NCBI GenBank assembly: GCA_964016885.1
Contig: CAXHJY010001609.1
Span: 388,478 to 452,477 of the forward strand
DNA: 64,000 bases
From: Eledone cirrhosa
Taxonomy: Eukaryota
Direction: 5' to 3'
Shown here: positions 54,743 to 64,000 of the stretch, in pieces
How the letters are laid out: the number at the start of each line of letters is the position of its first letter
Position numbering within the stretch: the stretch's first letter is position 1
The notes under the pieces: generated by a model
Told to the model about the DNA's origin: nothing
Database searches by the model: none
The model's input: the letters and a program-made list of their open reading frames with translations, nothing else
Program-made: the position numbers and the translations under genes

Positions 54743-55872
54743 CTAGCAGCAGGACCCGGCGTAGCACGGGGTAGGAAACATGAAATAGCAACACGCATAT
54801 GCAAAGATTGAGGAATGTAACTGTATACTTTTTGAATTCATTTATTCTCAGGGAATGATTGTTCATCTACTGGAAACGTAGAACACCAGCAGGCAGAATT
54901 CAGTAGTAGCGGTGTCAGTGAGCTGATTGCGGAAATCCTGTATGCCAAAAGAGTAAGTAAGTGTTGTGGGGCGATGTATCTCGTAAGTCTGTTCACAAAT
55001 TACGTCACAGTTGGGGAACACACGTCAGTCTGAAGGAGCGACGTAGTCAATAGTGTGAAAACCAAGTAGGGATGTACATTTAAGTAGGGATATTGAGATG
55101 ACGAAATCAGCGTGGCAACGCAGCTGCAGCAGAAGGGCGTCATAGTGCAATTAGCACAAACACTGGGCGGCACTGGTTTACACAGCAACAAATGTGCGAC
55201 AAAAGGGGTCACTGTGGAATTAGTACAACCGCTGTTCAGCGTACTTGCGCAGGACGTTCATACTGCAGTGTAGGTGCAACAAAAGGGGTCTTAGTAGAAG
55301 TAGCACAGGCGTGAGTTTTACGGTGTCAATAACACGTCAACGTACACAGGGCCCGGATTTGTGCGTGACGAAAGTACGAAGCGTCAACAGGGTGCTGACA
55401 AATATTTTAAGGTCCTCCTCATTTCCTCAACCCCAACAAAATGATCCTGCTTAAAAGTAAGTAAGTGTTGTGTCGTCTGTTAAATAAACCAAATTTTTTA
55501 ACGAAATATTATAGGTTACTTACGATGTTTAAGTAGTGTTTATATTGAAAATTAAAAAGGCATATAATGCCCAATGTTAATTCGTAAATTTCCTAGAAAC
55601 CATTAATGGAATCGGAGATCTTTTTGTCCACAGCAATGTGAGGGGACTACCGAATGTGTGCTGCAAATTTCGAGGAATTCGGTTGGATTATCTTTAAGTA
55701 ACGCCTCAAAATAGACTAAAAATACCTTTAAAAATGCGGTTTTTCGCCTAGGGCAGAAAAAGTTAACATTTTTTTACCCTATTGCACTTCAAGCAATATA
55801 AGTAACGTATGTGTAAAGTTTAAAAAGGTCGGTTGGGTACTTCTCGAGGTTTAGGGATTTACACAGACATTT

Positions 55873-55885
<13 letters not shown>
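54743..55885 (-). mobile_element. Non-autonomous Helitron
   Basis: Minus-strand 3' end: hairpin acccgtgctacgccgggt, then cctgctgCTAG|T; 5' end (TA)n-aaaacaaaatgtctgtg merges into a (TA)n tract. Confidence 0.7.
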
Positions 55886-55916
<31 letters not shown>

Positions 55917-57094
55917 GTCAACTCTTGCTAGGAGGGAAAGTGGACATTTAAAACAACAACCTGCAAAATTTTATATAGACTTTAGTCTATTTCCATGCCA
56001 GTATGGATTGAATGTGTGTCACTGATGAAAGATTAACAAATCTTGAAACAACACTGTCTGGCATCCTTGAGTGGACTGGCAGCTCTGTTATATATTATTA
56101 GAGGAAAATAGAGACAAATAAATTGCTTTGTTACGAAAAAATAATTTTCTTTGATAGCAAGTCTACTAAAATGAACATGTTTTCATCTGCACCCCTAAAA
56201 GGCGTTAGATAGAAATCTGATTTTATTTTATTGCATCTCTCCCTCTCTTTTTCTTGCTCTATCTCTCCTCTCTCTCTTTCTTGCTGACTCTCTCTCCCAC
56301 TTCTACTCAATGAATTCCTATACAAGGTTCTCTTATTCCATTGTTTACTTTCAACTACTCCCAGTATGTGAGTGGGCAGAAGTAAATAAAAGTTTGAGAA
56401 ACTTGTTGAAACTATAAAACGAATGAAATGGTAAAAATGCATTACATAATGGAGTTGTGAAACAGAAACTATATTTTAAACGACACTTAAAACATTTTAA
56501 ACATCAAAATATTAAAACTTCATAAATATATTTAATACTCATGAGTATTTCAAAACCACACAATCTAAACATAATGTGTTGATTAGCTACCTCAGCTTAT
56601 AAACGGGTTTTCGATTTTTGCCCATTTCTCAGGCATAAAATAGGAGTTTAGATTATATTTAGATCAGTTGATATTTGAGTAGATATGGTAATGTCTCTGT
56701 TATGTCTAATTTAGGGAAAAGAGAAAAAATAGAGAGGATAACAAAATATCAAACTCTGGATATCACTATATATGATTACCACATTGCTCTAGATTCAGCA
56801 ACCCTAGGAAAAAGAAAAAGATGTACCATTATATTAATGACTTTCTGTTTCTATTTCAAATGACATAAACTCATTAAGCTCGGAAATTTACACACACACA
56901 CACACACATACATAAAAAAAGAAGTTAAAAGATGGTTAAAAAAGTTCCATATACTTTATTATGCGCATTTCGAAAACAACATCATCCTGCGACAAAAATT
57001 GTGTTCTCATGAGATAAAATAAGGTAACATGATATGAGGCCTAATCGCACTTGTCAACAGGAAAGTGTCAAGTCTACATATGACAGAAATATAA

Positions 57095-57197
57095 GAGAAA
57101 GAAAAAGATAGGAAAATAGAAGGAAAGAAGGAGAAAAAGGAAAAAGAAAGAGAGGAGAGGAAAAAGAAAGGAAAAAGAAAGAAGAAAGAGAGAGAGA

Positions 57198-57235
<38 letters not shown>

Positions 57236-57248
57236 GAGAGAGACAGAC
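57095..57248. repeat. Purine-rich/(GA)n microsatellite
   Basis: Directly visible. Confidence 0.9.
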
Positions 57249-58859
57249 TTTGGATCAGGTACACTGTCAAAATGAAACAAGCTGTAAATAACGGTTAAAA
57301 AGTAAATTGATGAGGTGTATGTGCGATAAAATAAAGGGGTCGATAAAATAAAGTACCAGTAATGCACTGGTTAATTGCTGGCCTTGTGCCAAAAGTAGAA
57401 ACAATTATAGATGGTATTCAAATATTAGAGGTCTAAAATATAGAAACTGGGTATATTATTTTATATTGGGTTTAAATACTAAAAATTGGATTAAGAAGTG
57501 TAAAAATGTATTAATAAAATAAAATTAAAAAAAATTAAATTAAATTAAAATAAGTATAAAAAAGATTTTTACCGCAGTTAAAAATCGTGTCTGTTAAGTT
57601 GCTCCTTCACGCATCGAATGACCGGCAAATTTGAAATTCCAGCAGTTTTTGACTGAGGAAGTATTATAGCGTCACTAAGCGGGAAGGGGAGACAACTACG
57701 ATCCACGAAAGGAGGAAAAACATAATATACACGCGGGTTAATCAGTTTTTTCGAAAACATTATCAATCCAACGTGTTAAGAACTCAATTGAAATTAAAAA
57801 AATAAATATTTGCGTGTATAAATTACACACGCATATAGATATTTTCTTAGGCTAAAATCAGAGGTTGTACCTGAATAAGAAACCGCATCTCGTAACCGTA
57901 GTAAATACGGAATGTTATGCTTTAAAGGGCAAATGGGAATGTAAATCTCCGGTCGAATTAAGGGTAAAATATAAAACACACGCGGGTTAATTAGTTATTT
58001 CAAAACTAATATCAATTCCTCGTGTAAAGAAGTCAATTCATTAAAAAAAATAAATGTATGCATGTAATTATATACATAGGCATATATATATTTTCTGAGG
58101 CTAAAAAACAGAGAAGTTACAACCAAAAAAAACCACATTATCGCACAACAGTAATATATACATATATATATTTAAAATAATAGACGTGTAACACACAAGT
58201 TATTATGTATTGGTAAACGGAATAGAAAATGCTGACAAATTGTTCACAGTGAAAAATAGTTTAATTAGGAATAAGTGAGAATTAGTAATTGTATTGGTTA
58301 GTATTCAGTTTTGGTTTTAAGTTTTACTGGTTGCGCATTTCTAATGCTTTTCAAAAATAATTTTTAGATAGAGCGTCCGTGATGTTTGCTCTGATCAGAG
58401 CAACCTCTCTAATTTTGAGGCAAGCCAGCACACTGGCTGCGTAGCCTCGGGTGATGGCGAGGCTGATGCGCTAAAATATTGTTAACTTTGCCTTTCATCC
58501 TTACGGGGTCGATAAATAAAGTATCAGTAATGCCAAAAGTAGAAACAACTATTTTAATAACCTCTGTCATTTTCGTTTAAAATTTTATTTACATCATTCT
58601 TAAACTCCGGGGCTGGAAATCATTCGGTTATTTTAAATAGAATATTAATCTAACGACTCCATTTACACCATAAACTTGGTCTCGTCTTTGCATGAAATTG
58701 TTCTTCGGTCCACCGCGTCGTTTATAACGTAACATAAAGAGATAAGAAAGTGACGCCAGAAAAGGGAAATAACTCGTCTCTCATCTCTATTTATACATTT
58801 GAACTGAAAAATCAATATATTACAAATTCCATTTTTGCCCTTGGCGTGAGTCGATTTGA

Positions 58860-59070
58860 ATATTTTTTTGACCGATGTTTCCGCTGGACCTTCATCTATG
58901 AGTGTAGCAATTTCGACGAAATTTGAACGTACGGTTTAAGAGGAGATGTGTGCCGACGGATTTAGTAGACAGACAGACGGACATGCAGACAGACGGACAT
59001 GCAGACAGACGGACATGCAGACAGACGGACAGGCAGACCCACAGACAGACAGACAACCTCAGTTTTATAT
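58860..59070 (-). mobile_element. 5' end of a Helitron-like element with a (GTCT/GTCC)n microsatellite
   Basis: Minus strand reads (TA)n-aaaactgaggttgtctgtctgtctg... as in non-autonomous Helitron 5' ends; 3' end not located. Confidence 0.5.
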
Positions 59071-59079
59071 ATATATATA

Positions 59080-59147
<68 letters not shown>

Positions 59148-59194
59148 TATATATATATATATATACATGCATATATATATATATATATATATGC

Positions 59195-59263
<69 letters not shown>

Positions 59264-59321
59264 TATATATATATATATATGCATATATATATATATATAT
59301 ATATATGCATATATATATATA

Positions 59322-59357
<36 letters not shown>

Positions 59358-59359
59358 TA

Positions 59360-59420
<61 letters not shown>
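59066..59420. repeat. (TA)n microsatellite with GC interruptions
   Basis: Directly visible. Confidence 0.95.
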
Positions 59421-59423
<3 letters not shown>

Positions 59424-60771
59424 AAGAATTAATATCTAGTAACATATATACATACAGATGCATATCAATGCTAGCAAATATATAGGTTTTGTCTTAGTAA
59501 CTTTGTGGTTCAATGCATGGGGTTGCAGAACAATAATATGAGAGACGTAAAATAAGAAAATTATAAAATTAACTTACTTACTAAAATATCACTTCCAACT
59601 AATTAGTTTCTGGAATGGAATAAATATATTTTCCGAAGAAGATACGGAGAAGCATTCCGTCGTCAGGGAAGTCTATTCTCATCTAAGTATCCAGGAAAAG
59701 CGTGGACACTGGAAACTTATTAAAAAATAATTCAGTGGATAGAAAATAGCAAAGCGTGGACTGAATTCCTAGCCATTGAGAAAATCACTGCCTCTGCGTC
59801 GGTGGCAAATTCAAAAAGAATCAATCACGTGACATCGAGGTCAATCAGTGGAAAGTGGTTTGCTAATAAGACAGCGGCCTGCCTGCTACCATAGCCGCAG
59901 ATGTGGCCAATATTGATCGACAAATAATTTGGAGATAATTATAAAGAATTAATATCTAGTAATATATATACATACAGATGCATATCAATGCTAGCAAATA
60001 TATAGGTTTTGTCTTAGTAACTTTGTGGTTCAATGCATGGGGTTGCAGAACAATAATATGAGAGACGTAAAATAAGAAAATTATAAAATTAACTTAGTTA
60101 CTAAAATATCACTTCCAACTAATTAGTTTCTGGAATGGAATAAATATATTTTCCGAAGAAGATACGGAGAAGCATTCCGTCGTCAGGGAAGTCTATTCTC
60201 ATCTAAGTATCCAGAAAAAGCGTGGACACTGGAAACGTATTAAAAAATAATTCAGTGGATAGAAAATAGCAAAGCGTGGACTGAATTCCTAGCCATTGAG
60301 AAAATCACTGCCTCTGCGTCGGTGGCAAATTCAAAAAGAATCAATCACGTGACATCGAGGTCAATCAGTGGAAAGTGGTTTGCTAATAAGACAGCGGCCT
60401 GCCTGCTACCATATGAGCAGTCATGGCCAATATTGCTCGACAAATAATTTGGAGATAATTATAAAGAATTAAAATCTAGTAACATATATACATACAGATG
60501 CATATCAATGCTAGCAAATATATAGGTTTTGTCTTAGTATCTTTGTGGTTCAATGCATGGGGTTGCAGAACAATAATATGAGAGACGTAAAATAAGAAAA
60601 TTATAAATGATTTTCCCAATGGCTAGGAATTCAGTCCACGCTTTGCTATTTTCTATCCACTGAATTATTTTTGAATAAATTCCCAGAGTCCCCGCTTTGC
60701 CTGGATACTTAGATGAGAGGAAGTGATATTTTAGTAAGTAAGTTAATTTTATAATTTTCTTATTTTACGTC

Positions 60772-60773
<2 letters not shown>
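59421..60773. repeat. 520-bp tandem repeat (2.3 copies) plus an inverted deleted copy
   Basis: Units start at 59421, 59941 and 60461; 60608-60773 is the reverse complement of ~59543-59790 with an internal deletion. Confidence 0.9.
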
Positions 60774-60806
<33 letters not shown>

Positions 60807-61580
60807 ATATGTATATATATATGTAATATGTATATATATGTAATATGTATATATATATGTAATATGTATATATGTATATATATGTAATATGTATATATAT
60901 AATGTAATATGTATATATATGTAATATGTATATATGTGTAATATGTATATATGTATATATATATGTATATATGTATATATATTTATATGTATATATGTAT
61001 ATATGTATATATATACGTAATATGTATATATGTATATATATATGTATATATGTATATATATATATATGTAATATGTATATCTATATCTATATGTATATAT
61101 GTATATATATATATGTAATATGTATATATATATATATATGTATATATTTAATATGTATATATGTATATATATATATGTAATATGTATATATGTATATATA
61201 TATATGTAATATGTATATATGTATATATATATGTAATATGTATGTATAGATATATATATGTGTAATATGTATATATATATATATATATATGTAATATGTA
61301 TATATATATGTAATATATATATATGTAATATGTATATATTTATATATATATATAATATGTATATATATATACGTAATATGTATATATATAAAAAAGTAAT
61401 ATGTATATATATATATATATATATATATGTAATATGTATATATATATATATATGTAATATGTATATATGTATATATGTAATATGTATATATGTATCTATA
61501 TGTATATATGTATATATATGTATATATGTATATATATGTAATATGTATATGTATGTATATGTAATATGTATATATGTATA

Positions 61581-61611
<31 letters not shown>

Positions 61612-61704
61612 GTAATATGTATATATGTGTATATATGTATATATATATGTATATATGTATATATATATATGTATATATGTATATATATATATATGTAAAA
61701 TGTA

Positions 61705-61755
<51 letters not shown>

Positions 61756-62994
61756 GTAATATCTATATATATATATATAGGAACCAGTAAGACCCCGACA
61801 GCTGAGCTCAAGCCGTTTCGACGGCTAATTCTAGAATTAGCCGTCGAAACGGCTTGAGCTCAGCTGTCGGGGTCTTACTGGTTCCTATTACCCACTCTAC
61901 TACCTCAAGTATTGAGTACTTTGGTGCGTTATGGTCCACCTGGTTCCTTACCACATTTCCTTCGTTATATATATATATATGTATATATGTATATATATAT
62001 ATATGTAATATGTATATATATATATATATGTATATATTTAATATGTATATATGTATATATATATATGTAATATGAATATATGTATATATATATATGTAAT
62101 ATGTATATATGTATATATATATGTAATGTGTATGTATAGATATATATATGTGTAATATGTATATATATATATATATATGTAATATGTATATATATATATA
62201 TATATGTAATATATATATATATATGTAATATGTATATATATATGTAATATGTATATATATATATATATAATATGTATATATATATATGTAACATGTATAT
62301 ATATAAAAAAGTAATATGTATATATATATATAATATGTATATATATATATATATGTAATATGTATATATGTATATATGTAATATGTATATATGTATATAT
62401 GTATATATATGTAATATGTATATGTATATATATGTAATATGTATAGGTATATATATGTATATATGTATATATATATATATATATATGTAATATGTATATC
62501 TATATCTATATGTATATATGTATATATATATATGTAATATGTATATATATATATATATGTATATATTTAATATGTATATATGTATATATCTATATGTAAT
62601 ATGTATATATGTATATATATATATGTAATATGTATATATGTATATATATATGTAATATGTATGTATAGATATATATGTGTAATATGTATATATATATATA
62701 TATATATATGTAATATGTATATATATATATATGTAATATATAAATATGTAATATGTATATATTTATATATATATAATATGTATATATATATATGTAATAT
62801 GTATATATATAAAAAAAGTAATATGTATATATATATATATATATGTAATATGTATATATATATATATGTAATATGTATATATGTATATATGTAATATGTA
62901 TATATGTATCTATATGTATATATGTATATATATGTATATATGTATATATATGTAATATGTATATGTATGTATATGTAATATGTATATATGTATA

Positions 62995-63038
<44 letters not shown>

Positions 63039-63128
63039 ATATGTATATATGTGTATATATGTATATATATATGTATATATGTATATATATATATGTATAT
63101 ATGTATATATATATATATGTAAAATGTA

Positions 63129-63177
<49 letters not shown>

Positions 63178-63852
63178 GTAATATCTATATCTATATATAT
63201 ATATGTATATATGTATATATATATGTAATATGTATATATATATATATATGTATATATTTAATATGTATATATGTATATATATATATGTAATATGTATATA
63301 TGTATATATATATATGTAATATGTATATATGTATATATATATGTAATGTGTATGTATAGATATATATATGTGTAATATGTATATATATATATATATGTAA
63401 TATGTATATATATATATATATATGTAATATATATATATATATATGTAATATGTATATATATATGTAATATGTATATATATATATATATAATATGTATATA
63501 TATATATGTAACATGTATATATATAAAAAAGTAATATGTATATATATATATAATATGTATATATATATATATATATAAGTAATATGTATATATGTATATA
63601 TGTAATATGTATATATGTATATATGTATATATATGTAATATGTATATGTATATATATGCAATATGTATAGGTATATATATGTATATATGTATATATATAT
63701 ATATATATGTAATATGTATATCTATATCTATATGTATATATGTATATATATATATGTAATATGTAAATATGTGTATATATGTATATATATATGTATATAT
63801 GTATATATATATATGTATATATGTATATATATATATATATATGTAAAATGTA

Positions 63853-63901
<49 letters not shown>

Positions 63902-64000
63902 GTAATATCTATATCTATATATATATATGTATATATGTATATATATATATGTAATATGTATATATATATATGTATATATTATAATATGTATATATGTATA
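60774..64000. repeat. (TA)n/TATGTAA compound microsatellite array with higher-order duplication
   Basis: Marker variants recur, e.g. gtaacatg...aaaaaagtaat at ~62290 and ~63510. Confidence 0.9.
61777..61965 (+). mobile_element. Perfect 112-bp palindrome plus ~80-bp tail; probable Penelope-like pLTR remnant with a partial hammerhead ribozyme
   Basis: 61777-61888 is its own reverse complement (centre TCT|AGA); contains stem II, CGAAAC, stem III and GTC. Confidence 0.6.

Noticed and set aside
57335-58550. Two ggggtcgataaataaagta.cagtaatgc fragments and a ~140-bp direct repeat (57728, 57978)
   Set aside because: Probably decayed SINE/TE remnants; too short to classify or bound
61777-61888. Palindrome as a sequencing adapter, cloning linker or protelomerase hairpin
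   Set aside because: It does not match adapters I recognise, the flanks are not mirror images and there is no resolvase gene; the hammerhead-like geometry explains it better (read-level check still advised)
58892-63905. Long [10 protein letters not shown] ORFs (e.g. 345 aa at 60774-61811)
   Set aside because: Translations of (TA)n microsatellite; not genes

Overview
Eukaryotic, AT-rich, repeat-saturated DNA, probably from an octopus or other coleoid cephalopod. This is inferred from the HTG(D/E)[13 protein letters not shown]-type C2H2 arrays plus abundant RTE LINEs with (GAT)n tails, and has not been verified. The host content is a tandem cluster of three paralogous minus-strand C2H2 zinc-finger genes: ZNF1 is intact with 12 fingers (6256-7359); ZNF2 is disrupted (33895-35362); ZNF3 has a broken 5' end but an open 3' array (45682-47781). 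Each is preceded by a conserved ~0.8-kb non-coding module with a splice donor, and ZNF2/ZNF3 lie in a 12-14 kb tandem segmental duplication. The rest is transposons: many RTE LINE copies carrying a PHD finger in the ORF, an L1/Tx1 element with an intact ~1145-aa ORF2 inserted into an RTE endonuclease gene (12-bp TSD), a young internally deleted Gypsy LTR element (CsRn1/Kabuki-like), mariner and DD37D maT remnants, Helitron-like elements, MITEs, tRNA-SINEs and satellites. The most notable structures are a perfect 112-bp palindrome containing the 3' half of a type I hammerhead ribozyme inside a (TA)-rich array, and a ~16-kb nested TE stack inside a single split SINE. Coordinates of degraded repeats are approximate and all comparisons were made by eye.
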